Of a DNA stretch of 32,000 bases, positions 1 through 8,257 are shown piece after piece. Both the position numbers and the translations under genes were made by a program. How positions within the stretch are numbered: the stretch's first letter is position 1; each line of letters begins with the position of its first letter. The notes under the pieces are model-generated. The model was given only the letters and a program-made list of their open reading frames with translations. It was not told the origin of the DNA and did not search any database. This DNA is from Phycisphaera mikurensis NBRC 102666 (GTDB lineage: Bacteria; Planctomycetota; Phycisphaerae; Phycisphaerales; Phycisphaeraceae). Location: contig NC_017081.1 in the NCBI RefSeq assembly GCF_000284115.1, positions 30,001 to 62,000 of the forward strand, read 5' to 3'.

Positions 1-258
1 GTCGGGGCCCTGCTGTTGGTAGTCCGCGAGCGGGCCCGCATCGAAGACGCCTTCGGGCAGAAGGGCGTTCGCATTGGGCGTGCCCCGTGCCGCCGGGCCC
101 GTTCCACCGTCGGGATCCGCGGCGACCGGCGGGGACGACTCTCTTCGACAGCCAACGGCGGCGGCGGCGGCGCTCGCCGTCGCGAAGACAAGCAGCCGGC
201 GGCGGTTGACGCGGTCGGCCTCCGTCGGAGCGGTCGGAGCGGTCGGATCAGTGCCCAT
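1..258 (-). CDS. Partial (runs off window start): Tat/lipoprotein-signal protein, likely Rieske-type (2Fe-2S) family N-terminus
   Basis: Reverse-complement reading frame from the CAT at 256-258 is open to base 1: MGTDPTAPTAPTEADRVNRRRLLVFATASAAAAAVGCRRESS...LLPEGVFDAGPLADYQQQGPD. It has an RRR-LL twin-Arg-like signal and a lipobox-like AVGC. 'FDAGPLADY' resembles the pre-Rieske segment, but the cluster-binding motifs lie outside the window. The start overlaps the upstream gene's stop. Confidence 0.5.
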   Translation of the reverse strand, partial: MGTDPTAPTAPTEADRVNRRRLLVFATASAAAAAVGCRRESSPPVAADPDGGTGPAARGTPNANALLPEGVFDAGPLADYQQQGPD

Positions 259-910
259 GCTCGTGACCTCCTTCCTCGGTTGCGTCGGCCGCGGGGACGG
301 AGGCCTTCCAGCCCTCGTCGGGCGCGGCCGCCCCTTCCGCGTGCCCGCCGCCCCCGCCGTGGCCACCGCCGGAGCCGAAGCTCAACATCCCGCCGATGTG
401 GCCCTGGGCGACCAGGAACACGACGAACACGGCGCCCGCCGCGATGTAGGCCGGCCGGGCGCCGACCCGCGCGTCCGGCTGCGTCTCGCGGCGACGCTCC
501 CGCCAGCGCCACAACGCGAGCCCGATCACCAGCACGGCCAGCGAGGTGCCCAGCCACTTGTGCACGAGCATCGGGTCTCCGTGGCCGCCCATCTCGTCGA
601 GCCAGAGCCAGCCGGCCAGCGCGGTGAAGGGCGTGACGACCGCCGCGAGCACGGTCATCCACCAGCCCGCCGAAGAGAGCGAGGCCCGGCGGTTGAAGCG
701 GCCGGCGCTGTCGAAGAACACCGCGGCGGGGATGAGCCCTGCGGTCATGTTCACGAGGATCGGGTGCAGCGGCGGCGGCTGGAGGAGCAGCCGGAGCACG
801 TCGGCGGCGTCGGCGAGGGAGAGCGGGAGCATGGGGTCGATCCGAGGATGCGGAGGGAAAGCCCCGCCGCCGCGGTCAGCGGCGACGGAGCCGGGGAAGC
901 GGACAGGCAT
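248..910 (-). CDS. Multi-pass membrane protein resembling DUF2231 family
   Basis: Hydrophobic ORF with 'LHPILVNMTAGLIPAAVFFD...AALAGWLW...HKWLGTSLAVLVIGLALW'-like segments and a His/Gly-rich tail. TGATG stop/start overlap with the upstream gene at 908-912. Confidence 0.7.
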   Translation of the reverse strand: MPVRFPGSVAADRGGGAFPPHPRIDPMLPLSLADAADVLRLLLQPPPLHPILVNMTAGLIPAAVFFDSAGRFNRRASLSSAGWWMTVLAAVVTPFTALAGWLWLDEMGGHGDPMLVHKWLGTSLAVLVIGLALWRWRERRRETQPDARVGARPAYIAAGAVFVVFLVAQGHIGGMLSFGSGGGHGGGGGHAEGAAAPDEGWKASVPAADATEEGGHEHGH

Positions 911-1395
911 CAGTGCGAGTGAGCCCCGTGCCCGTGGTCTTCCTCTTTCGTGTCGCCACCCGTCATGTTGTGGTGGTTGTCGTCGAGCGTGACCTCCTTG
1001 AAGCCGCCGTCCTCCTGCTGGACGTAGAGGTGCTTGACGTCGAAGGACTGCATGCCCTCGTGGGCGACGCCCTCGACCTTGATGGTCTGCGCCGCGTACT
1101 CAGCGAGCGGCACCGGGTTGGTGAGCAGGAAGAGCAGGTCGCCGGTGTCACCGCCCTCGGGCAGGATCCCGGCGGGGATGCCAGTGGCCAAGCAGGTGCT
1201 GGCGCACTCGGCGTGGCCCTCGCCCTTGGCGCCGCCGTCGCTGGCGACGAAGCAGGCGGTGTCGATGAGTTCACCCGTCAAGGTGGTCATCTCGCCCTCG
1301 CCCCCCGCGTGCCCACCCTCGTGGTCACCGGCGGCAGTGGCGAAGGGTGCGGCGGCCAGCAGGGCGGCGAGAGCGGCACAGGAGGAACGGTGCAT
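910..1395 (-). CDS. Secreted/periplasmic hypothetical protein with His-rich ends
   Basis: Signal peptide MHRSSCAALAALLAAAPFATAAGDHEGGH. A GGAT-type SD lies just upstream of the ATG. Overlaps the downstream ORF. Confidence 0.7.
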   Translation of the reverse strand: MHRSSCAALAALLAAAPFATAAGDHEGGHAGGEGEMTTLTGELIDTACFVASDGGAKGEGHAECASTCLATGIPAGILPEGGDTGDLLFLLTNPVPLAEYAAQTIKVEGVAHEGMQSFDVKHLYVQQEDGGFKEVTLDDNHHNMTGGDTKEEDHGHGAHSH

Positions 1396-1488
1396 GGTGA
1401 AATCCTTCAGAAACGGGGGGGGGGGGGAAGCTCGCGGGAGCGCGAGCGGAGAGAGAGCGACCGGCGAACGCCGTCGGACGCGACCAAA

Positions 1489-1992
1489 TCAGTCCTTCGG
1501 GATGAAGGTCATGCCGCACTCGGTGCTGTTGCCCGGCACGCCGGTCGCCGCCTCGGGATGCATCACGCGGACCCACGCCCCGGTCGCTTCGAGAGCAGTC
1601 GGCGGACCAGCCGCGGCGGCTTCTTCCGGGGCAGAAGCTTCCGCGCTGGCCGTGCCCGGATTGCTTTGCTCGTCGTGCTGCATCCCGGCCATGCCCGCCA
1701 TCCCGTCGTGGTCGCCGGACAAGGGCGCCGGCTCGCCCGGGAGCCGGACGAGTGGGGCGGCTCCGCCGGGGCTGGCATCGGTGTGTGCGACCCCGGACCG
1801 GCCCGCGTCGCCGGGCGCGGGGTCGGCGCGCTTCACGGCCGGCGTGTCGGTCCGCGGCGGCAGCGGGGCCACCGCGGCGTCCGGGTTGCCAACTTGGCTC
1901 CCGGCGATGGCGGAGTCCTCAGGAAGTCTGTTTGCGCAGCCGGGCAGCAGGAGCGCGACCGTCAGCGCGGCCGCGGAGAAAGAGCGGGCCAT
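1489..1992 (-). CDS. Lipoprotein with Met/His-rich segment and degenerate heavy-metal-binding-domain-like C-terminus
   Basis: Signal and lipobox MARSFSAAALTVALLLPGC; 'GDHDGMAGMAGMQHDEQ'; C-terminus 'WVRVMHPEAATGVPGNSTECGMTFIPKD'. Confidence 0.7.
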   Translation of the reverse strand: MARSFSAAALTVALLLPGCANRLPEDSAIAGSQVGNPDAAVAPLPPRTDTPAVKRADPAPGDAGRSGVAHTDASPGGAAPLVRLPGEPAPLSGDHDGMAGMAGMQHDEQSNPGTASAEASAPEEAAAAGPPTALEATGAWVRVMHPEAATGVPGNSTECGMTFIPKD

Positions 1993-2104
1993 TGGAAACG
2001 GACCTCAAGTGAGAAGAGGGCGGAACAGGAGGCACCACGCTTCGGCCATCAGGGGCCAAGAGCGGGCATGGGCAGACACCACCGCGTGTGCGGCGGGCCC
2101 GGGC

Positions 2105-2533
2105 CTACAGGTTCAGCGCGCACCGCTGGCGCAGGAGCGACCCGCCGGCTCCCGGCGGACGCTGGTTCTCGTTGAGGTCTTCCGTGACCACGACCTCGGC
2201 CGGCGGCTCTTCCAGCAAACGGTCGAGAAGTGACGCAACCACCGGTGGCAGCGGAAGCGGGAGCGGCACCGCGACGGTCGGTGCCGCCGGTGCCTGCAAG
2301 ACTCCCGCCACGCCCGAGCAGTCGCAGGTGCCCCCGTGGTCGTGGGGCTGCGGCGTGTCACCCGGCTGATTCGATGTGCCCGGCTGCTTCGAGTTGCCGT
2401 GCCCGTGGCACGATTCCTGAGCAACGGGTTTCGCCACGTCCATCGACGCCGCCACCGTTGGGCAGGCGCAGAAGAGCGCCGTGTACAGCACCATAAAGGC
2501 GGTAAGGCTCGGGATGAGACGGCGTCCGCTCAC
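2105..2533 (-). CDS. Small secreted His/Cys-containing hypothetical protein (start uncertain: GTG 2533 or ATG 2494; the 2626 ORF start would run through a CsoR-like box)
   Basis: ORF 2105..2626. Signal-like 'SGRRLIPSLTAFMVLYTALFCACPTVAAS', then 'ESCHGHGNS...PHDHGGTCDCSG'. The CsoR-like palindrome at 2574-2588 argues for a downstream start. Confidence 0.55.
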   Translation of the reverse strand: MSGRRLIPSLTAFMVLYTALFCACPTVAASMDVAKPVAQESCHGHGNSKQPGTSNQPGDTPQPHDHGGTCDCSGVAGVLQAPAAPTVAVPLPLPLPPVVASLLDRLLEEPPAEVVVTEDLNENQRPPGAGGSLLRQRCALNL

Positions 2534-2573
2534 GGAACCAACGCTAGCCAGACGCGAACACACCGTCAAGATG

Positions 2574-2588
2574 TACCCCCATGGGGTA
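2574..2588. promoter_or_regulatory. CsoR-type operator candidate (box 1)
   Basis: TACCCCCATGGGGTA: 6-bp arms TACCCC/GGGGTA around CAT. Identical to the box at 5601-5615. Upstream of the minus-strand operon. Confidence 0.7.
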
Positions 2589-2775
2589 GCTGCAGGATTG
2601 CGTAGCCCTCCAAGGGAGTCCTCCACCAGCGGCGTGGGCGAGCGGATCGGTCAAGCGTTCAGCAGGACCATCGTGAGCAGGACGGTGACAACGAACAACA
2701 CGCCGGCAACCGCCTTCCAAGGAAAGCGTCGGCGGGGGAGAGCGTCGGGGTCTTCGGGTGGTCGGCAGCAATCGC

Positions 2776-4131
2776 TCACGAAGAGCCTCTCTCGCTTCTG
2801 TTGGGCGGGTTCTTCCGCAGGAACAGCCACTCGCCGCCGAAGATCAGGGCGAAGCCCACGGCGGAGAGGACCAGCACGAGCGGGTCGCTGCCGCTCTTCA
2901 CCCAGACCAGAGCGCCGAGCACGGCGGCGTCGAGGATCAGGGCGGTGATCAGGACCCAGGCGCTCGCCTTGAGCTCCTCCCGCAGGTGGCGGAGCAGGCC
3001 CCAGTGGATCGCCATGTCCATGACGAGGTAGAAGATCGCACCCATCGTGGCGATGCGGCCCAGGTCCAGGAACACGGTCAGCACGCCCGCGATCACCGCC
3101 GTGTAAACCAGTGTGTGTGTCTGTCGGTCCCCGGGGAGGCCGAACGAGCGGAACGGCACGAGGTCCATCTGCGTGAGCATCGCGAGCATGCGGGACACCG
3201 CGAACATGGACGCGACGATGCCCGAGGCGGTGGCGATGATCGCGATCGCCACGGTGAACCAGACGCCGTAACGACCCACAGCTGGCTCGGCGGCCCGGGC
3301 CAGGGCGTAATCGCGGGCGTCCACCACCTCCTCGGCCGTCAGGCCCGAGGCCACGGCGAAGGCGACCAGGGTGTAGAGCACGGTGCAGACGGCCAGCGTG
3401 ATGACGATGGCACGCCCGACGTTCTTCTTGGGGTCCTTCAGCTCGTCGCCGTCGTTGGTAATGGTCGTGAAGCCCTTATACGCGAGGATCCCCAGCGCCG
3501 TGGCGGCCAGGAATCCGCCGGCGGTGGAGGCGACACCGCCACCGCCGGCGCCCGGCGGCGGGGCGAGGAAGTCCGTCTCGAACGACAGCCCCGACACCCA
3601 CAGCCCGACGATCGCGAAGACCGCGATGCCGCCGACCTTGGCGGCCGCGGCGACCTTCTGGAAGCCGCCGATGGCCGCGTTCCCGGCGAGGTTGAGGAGA
3701 AAAGAGAAGGCCACCAGGCCGACGCCCAACGCCGGAATGAGCCACCCCGCCCCCTCGGACCGGTCGGCGTCTTTGCCACCGAACAGCTGCATCACATAGG
3801 TGCCGAAGGTCCGCGCGACGAGGCTCTCGTTGATGACCATCGAGAAGTACATCAGCAGCGACATGCCCGCCGTCACGACCCCCGGCCCGTAGCAGCGCTT
3901 CAGGATCATCGCGATCCCGCCCGCCGAAGGCGAGTCGTTGCAGACCTTTACGTAGGAGTACGCGCTGAAGGCCGCGACCAGCGCGGCGGACAGGAAGGCG
4001 AAGGGGAACAGCCCGCTGCTCTGCTCGGCGAGCTGACCGGTGAGGGCGAAGACACCGGCGCCGATCATGACGCCGGTGCCCATGGCCACGGCGCCGAACA
4101 GGGACAGGGAGTTCTTCTCGTAATCAGGCAT
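2776..4131 (-). CDS. APC superfamily amino acid permease-like transporter
   Basis: 'EKNSLSLFGAVAMGTGVMIGAGVFALTGQLAEQSSGLFPFAFLSAALVAAFSAYSYVKVCNDSPSAGGIAMI...' is characteristic of APC permeases. ATG start at 4131 (ORF opens from TTG 4140). Confidence 0.85.
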   Translation of the reverse strand: MPDYEKNSLSLFGAVAMGTGVMIGAGVFALTGQLAEQSSGLFPFAFLSAALVAAFSAYSYVKVCNDSPSAGGIAMILKRCYGPGVVTAGMSLLMYFSMVINESLVARTFGTYVMQLFGGKDADRSEGAGWLIPALGVGLVAFSFLLNLAGNAAIGGFQKVAAAAKVGGIAVFAIVGLWVSGLSFETDFLAPPPGAGGGGVASTAGGFLAATALGILAYKGFTTITNDGDELKDPKKNVGRAIVITLAVCTVLYTLVAFAVASGLTAEEVVDARDYALARAAEPAVGRYGVWFTVAIAIIATASGIVASMFAVSRMLAMLTQMDLVPFRSFGLPGDRQTHTLVYTAVIAGVLTVFLDLGRIATMGAIFYLVMDMAIHWGLLRHLREELKASAWVLITALILDAAVLGALVWVKSGSDPLVLVLSAVGFALIFGGEWLFLRKNPPNRSERGSS

Positions 4132-4136
4132 GGGTC

Positions 4137-5141
4137 TCAATCGCTCCGGTGAACAGGTGTTTGGTTCGGCGACAAGGCCTCACCGGTGGGCGAGGCCGCC
4201 GCGAAGCCCATCTGGATGCGGAGCGCCTCCGCGAGGGCGTAGGCGCCGGACGCTGGAGCGGCTGCACCCAGCAGCCGCGGCCCGAGGTCGCTCACGAGGT
4301 GTGCGGCCGCGTCCCGACACGCTCCGGCCGAAGCGGAAGCCCGCCAGCTCTCCCCGGCGTCGCCTCCCTGGCCCCGGCCGGCGTCGACCAGCTCCAACGC
4401 CAGCAGGACCACCGCGGACATGCCATAGAACGCTTGCCGGCGCCGGAAGTGGTGCAGCAGCGGGTGCGTGTGGTGCGACTCATGGAGCTCGCAGATGCCG
4501 CCCAGGAGCCGGCCGAGCACCCGCGAGGCCTCGGGCGTGTCGGCCCGGCCGCCCGGCAGCCGGTCGAGCAGCTCGGCGCCGCGGCCCGTCCGGCCCGAGA
4601 GGTGCCAGCACTCCATCGCGAAGGCGTCACGCCGCCGCAGCGCCCCGTACACGCCCAGCAGGTAGGTGATCGCGAGGGTGAAGACCGCGAAGCCCAGCGC
4701 TGATTCGGCCACCGCGAGCAGACGCGGCCCCGCCCCCGCAGGCGTCAGCGGACCCAGCCCGAGCGTCGTGAACGCGTACGCGCTGAAGTAGAGCGCTTCG
4801 AGGAAGCCTCCCGTCACGGCGTCGCCGCCGCTCCTGAACCCGCCCGAAGCCATGGCGGGCCAGAAGCACAGGGCGAAACCGACGATGGGCAGCAGCACCC
4901 AGAGCACGAGTCCCAGCACGATGAACGCCGGCCCGAAGCCCTTGAGCAGCCACCGCCGGAACGGGCCTGCGGCGGCCTGCTGCGACCCGCGGACGATCCG
5001 CCAGAGCACCCGCAGCAGCCAGCCGCTGTACAGGCCGGTGGCGCCGCTGCGACCGAGCCCGACCTTGAGCAGGTCGGCAACCCCCACCGCGGTGAGCGGG
5101 ACGCCGAGGAGGGGCGCAATCCAGGGGGTGGAGGCTGTCAA
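4137..5141 (-). CDS. Membrane protein with ion-channel pore-like segment
   Basis: Transmembrane segments flanking 'ALYFSAYAFTTLGLGPLTPAG...' (pore helix plus T-x-G-x-G-like filter), followed by a cytoplasmic domain. ATG start preceded by a CsoR-like box. Confidence 0.6.
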   Translation of the reverse strand: MTASTPWIAPLLGVPLTAVGVADLLKVGLGRSGATGLYSGWLLRVLWRIVRGSQQAAAGPFRRWLLKGFGPAFIVLGLVLWVLLPIVGFALCFWPAMASGGFRSGGDAVTGGFLEALYFSAYAFTTLGLGPLTPAGAGPRLLAVAESALGFAVFTLAITYLLGVYGALRRRDAFAMECWHLSGRTGRGAELLDRLPGGRADTPEASRVLGRLLGGICELHESHHTHPLLHHFRRRQAFYGMSAVVLLALELVDAGRGQGGDAGESWRASASAGACRDAAAHLVSDLGPRLLGAAAPASGAYALAEALRIQMGFAAASPTGEALSPNQTPVHRSD

Positions 5142-5181
5142 GGCGTGACGAACAGGTGCGGCTGCTCCCGCACCCTAGCCT

Positions 5182-5196
5182 TACCCCAGGGGGGTA
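5182..5196. promoter_or_regulatory. CsoR-type operator candidate (box 2)
   Basis: TACCCCAGGGGGGTA: arms TACCCC/GGGGTA, spacer AGG. 41 bp upstream of the start at 5141. Confidence 0.6.
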
Positions 5197-5212
5197 CCGA
5201 CGCCTCAGCCAG

Positions 5213-5557
5213 TCAGCTCCTGCCCTGCCGGTGATAAACCTCCAGCAGCTCCTCGATCGTCCGCTCCAGTGAGTCGGGGTCATTCGCCATCGCCTCCCGC
5301 ACGCAGTGGCGGAGGTGGTGGCGGAGCGTCTCCTTCGCCACCGCCCGCAGGCCGGCGTTGGCGGCGGACACCTGCGTCAAGATGTCCACGCAGTAGCGGT
5401 CGTCCTCGATCATCTGCTGCAGCCCCCGCACCTGTCCTTCGATGCGGCGGAGCCGGCGGCGAACGGCGGCCTTGTGGCCGTCGTCGACGTGGGACGTCTT
5501 CGCTGGCTTCTTGGATCCGCCGGTGCCCGGCCCGGGTTGTGACTTCTTTCTCGCCAT
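5213..5557 (-). CDS. csoR: CsoR/FrmR-family (DUF156) metal-sensing transcriptional repressor
   Basis: 'RRRLRRIEGQVRGLQQMIEDDRYCVDILTQVSAANAGLRAVAKETLRHHLRHCVREA' is a canonical CsoR family sequence with C...H..C ligand positions. Confidence 0.93.
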   Translation of the reverse strand: MARKKSQPGPGTGGSKKPAKTSHVDDGHKAAVRRRLRRIEGQVRGLQQMIEDDRYCVDILTQVSAANAGLRAVAKETLRHHLRHCVREAMANDPDSLERTIEELLEVYHRQGRS

Positions 5558-5600
5558 CAGACTTGACCCGCGGCGCCGGCCGCTCTACCAATGCTTCCGT

Positions 5601-5615
5601 TACCCCCATGGGGTA
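5601..5615. promoter_or_regulatory. CsoR-type operator candidate (box 3), divergent intergenic region
   Basis: TACCCCCATGGGGTA between the divergent csoR-like gene (start 5557) and the Cys-rich protein gene (start 5671). Confidence 0.75.
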
Positions 5616-5670
5616 CCCGGGCCCGCGTGGGCAACGGGGCCCCGGAGCCTCAATCGTAGGGACGGACCCG

Positions 5671-5985
5671 ATGATGAAACACGCCGACTGCATCAAGACC
5701 TGCCTCGAGTGCGCCGCGGACTGCGACCACTGCCTCGCGAAGATGGCCGGGATGCAGAGCTCCAACGAGTGCCCCGCCTGCTGCATCGATTGCGCCGCGG
5801 CCTGCCGGGCCTGCGCCACGCTGCTCGCCTGCGAGGGGCCGTTCTCGAAGGAAGCCTGCGAGCTGTGTGCGAAGGCGTGCGAGCGGTGCGCCGACGCCTG
5901 CGAGCAACACGACCACGAGCACTGCAAGAAGTGCGCGGAGAGCTCCCGGCGCTGCGCCGAGGCGTGCCGCGCCATGGCCGCCTGA
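5671..5985 (+). CDS. Four-helix-bundle Cys-rich copper-binding/storage protein (Csp-like, DUF326)
   Basis: MMKHADCIKTCLECAADCDHCLAKM...CPACCIDCAAACRACATLLACEG...CELCAKACERCADACEQHDHEHCKKCAESSRRCAEACRAMAA; 21 Cys by my count, no signal peptide evident. Confidence 0.88.
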   Translation: MMKHADCIKTCLECAADCDHCLAKMAGMQSSNECPACCIDCAAACRACATLLACEGPFSKEACELCAKACERCADACEQHDHEHCKKCAESSRRCAEACRAMAA

Positions 5986-6070
5986 ACCTTGAACGCCCCC
6001 GCCGGACCCGCCCGCAGCCCACGGGCCGGTCCTTTCGCACCCCCGACTCTTCTCCCCGCCGGAGGCCATC

Positions 6071-6478
6071 ATCCGACCCGCCGCCCTCGCCCTTTTCCTG
6101 CTCGTGCCCGTCGGCTGCACCGACACTCGGCAGATCATCGACGACGCCTTCGTCGTCGGCAACCCCGCCGAGCCCGACGCCCCGGCCGGGATGATGCCGG
6201 TCGCGCCGCGCTGGCTCACGATCGCGCATACCGGCCGCGGACCCACGGAGACCGCGGCCGTGGATCCCGAACCGGTGCTCCCGATGATGGACGCCGCCTG
6301 GAAGGTCCGTGAGTTGCCCCCCGGCCTGGAGGAGGCAGACACCGGCGAGGTGAAGGACGCATCCGAGCGGGCGCCGCTGTTCCGGCAGGACGCACCGGAG
6401 CCGGGGATGAAGAACCTGCCTCGCAGCGGCTTCACCGGGACAAACCAGCAGGCCCCCGAAGCGGAGGCCGAACGATGA
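6071..6478 (+). CDS. Small putative lipoprotein translationally coupled to TolC-family gene; probable ATC start (track start GTG 6104 truncates the signal peptide)
   Basis: GGAGG at 6061-6065, then ATC at 6071: (M)RPAALALFLLVPVGCTDTRQIIDDAF... Stop overlaps the next start (ATGA at 6475). Confidence 0.6.
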   Translation: MRPAALALFLLVPVGCTDTRQIIDDAFVVGNPAEPDAPAGMMPVAPRWLTIAHTGRGPTETAAVDPEPVLPMMDAAWKVRELPPGLEEADTGEVKDASERAPLFRQDAPEPGMKNLPRSGFTGTNQQAPEAEAER

Positions 6479-8211
6479 AGCAGTTGCTCTTCACCACCAC
6501 GGCGCTTGCCTTGGCTGCCAGCGCCTGCACCTCCGCCCCGCGAGACGCGGGCTTCGGCGACGTCGCCGACACCGCGAAGACCCGCGGCGGCGTCTCGCCC
6601 GCCTGGACCCGCACCCCCGACGCCGACCGCGAAGCGGACCGGATCGTCCGCGAGACGCTCGCGCAGCCGCTCACCGCCGAGGCGGTGGTCCGCGTGGCGA
6701 TCCTGCACAACCGCGACCTGCAGGCGGTGTACGAGGAGCTGGGCATCTCCCGGGGCCAGCTCATCCAGGCCGGCCTCCCGGACAATCCGGTCTTCGTGTG
6801 GGACACCTGGTTCTTCAACGCCGGCACCAGCTTCGAGGGCGCCCTGTTCCAGAACCTGATCAGCGTCTTCACGATCCCGCTGCGGCGCGAGATCCAAGGC
6901 GAGCAGTTCGAAGCCGCGAAGCGGCGGGTCGCCGCCGCCGTCCTGGCCACCATCGGCGACGCCCGGCGGGCCTACGTCACCTTCCTCACCCAGCGGCAAC
7001 TCGTGGACATGGAGCGGGCGGTGGTGACCGCCACCGAGGCCTCGTACCTGACCGCCGAGCGCCTCCGCCAGGCCGGCAACGTCCCGCAGCTGACGGTGCT
7101 GCGTGAACGGGCGCTGTACGAGGAATCCAAGCTCCAGCTGAACGTGGCGCTCGAGCAGCTCGCGGCCGCCCGGGAGGCGCTCAACCAGGTGATGAGCCTG
7201 TCCGGCTCGATGACCACTTGGACCGTGCCCGCGGGCTGGTCGCCGGTGGGCCCGCCCGCCGCGACGGTGGCGGCGGGGGAGGCGAGGCCGGGCGTCACCG
7301 GGCTCGAGCCCGGCGACACGACCGTTCTTGAGCTCGACAAGGTGGCCAAAGTCCCCGGTCCGACGCCGACGCCGATGGCGGACACCCCGCTGGACGCCGC
7401 GCGGAAGCTCGCGGGCCCGCCGCGGGCGGACAACCTCTCCACGCCGCCGGGGAGCGGGACGGCCGATGCCGCGTCGCCGGCCCCGGATCCGGCAATGCCG
7501 GATCTCTCCTGGCTGGGCGCGCTCTCCGAGCCCGGCGGCGCCGGGCTGCCCGACCCGCTGGTTCCCTCGCAGGAGCGGTCCGAGGCGGTGGAGCGCCGGA
7601 TCGTCGAACGCAGCCTCGTGCTCTCCGGCCAGCGGCACCTCATCGAGGCCCAGGCCACCCGGCTCAAGCTCCGCAACATCCTGGCCCTGTTCCCCTTCCT
7701 CAACGTGGGCATCACCACCGAGAAGGGCGCCGGGTCGAGCGAGTTCGGGCTCGGGCCGTCGGTCGCCACGCCGATCCCGGTCTTCGACCTCGGCCAGGGC
7801 ATCCGCCCGGAGGAAGCCTCGCGGCTCCGGCAGCGGCTGGAGACCTTCCTCTCCACCGCCACCTCCCTCCGCTCGCTGGCTCGGACGGCGGAGGTCCGGC
7901 TGCAGACCACCCGCGAGCGGGCCGCGTACCTCCGCGACGTGGTGCTCCCGCTGCACGCCTCGCTCGTGGCCGAGAGCCAGCTGCAGTACAACGCGATGGC
8001 CCTCACGCCCTTCGACCTGCTGCTCGCCAAGCGGCAGCAGATCGCCGCCGGCCGCGCCTACCTGCTCACCCTACGGGCGTACTGGCTGGCCTACGCCGAC
8101 CTTCAGCAGCTGCTCGACGGCTCGGTCCCGCCGATGCCCGGCGCGCCCGGGCTGTTCGTCGGCCCGGTGCTCGCTCCCATGCCGACCGTGCCCGCCATGG
8201 GCATGAACTGA
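6475..8211 (+). CDS. TolC-family outer-membrane protein, lipoprotein
   Basis: Signal and lipobox MKQLLFTTTALALAASAC; 'AVRVAILHNRDLQAVYEELGISRGQLIQAGLPDNPVF...' and the second repeat '...LVAESQLQYNAMALTPFDLLLAKRQQIAAGRAYL'. Confidence 0.85.
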   Translation: MKQLLFTTTALALAASACTSAPRDAGFGDVADTAKTRGGVSPAWTRTPDADREADRIVRETLAQPLTAEAVVRVAILHNRDLQAVYEELGISRGQLIQAGLPDNPVFVWDTWFFNAGTSFEGALFQNLISVFTIPLRREIQGEQFEAAKRRVAAAVLATIGDARRAYVTFLTQRQLVDMERAVVTATEASYLTAERLRQAGNVPQLTVLRERALYEESKLQLNVALEQLAAAREALNQVMSLSGSMTTWTVPAGWSPVGPPAATVAAGEARPGVTGLEPGDTTVLELDKVAKVPGPTPTPMADTPLDAARKLAGPPRADNLSTPPGSGTADAASPAPDPAMPDLSWLGALSEPGGAGLPDPLVPSQERSEAVERRIVERSLVLSGQRHLIEAQATRLKLRNILALFPFLNVGITTEKGAGSSEFGLGPSVATPIPVFDLGQGIRPEEASRLRQRLETFLSTATSLRSLARTAEVRLQTTRERAAYLRDVVLPLHASLVAESQLQYNAMALTPFDLLLAKRQQIAAGRAYLLTLRAYWLAYADLQQLLDGSVPPMPGAPGLFVGPVLAPMPTVPAMGMN

Positions 8212-8257
8212 GCCCCCCAATACCTCCACCTCCCCCGGCCAGAGGCCGGCCCCCGCC

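Noticed and set aside
74-922. Long + strand ORF in the ORF track (also 16..627 and 913..2175)
   Set aside because: Arg/Ala/Gly/Pro-rich translations typical of shadow ORFs opposite genuine minus-strand genes with signal peptides and overlapping starts.
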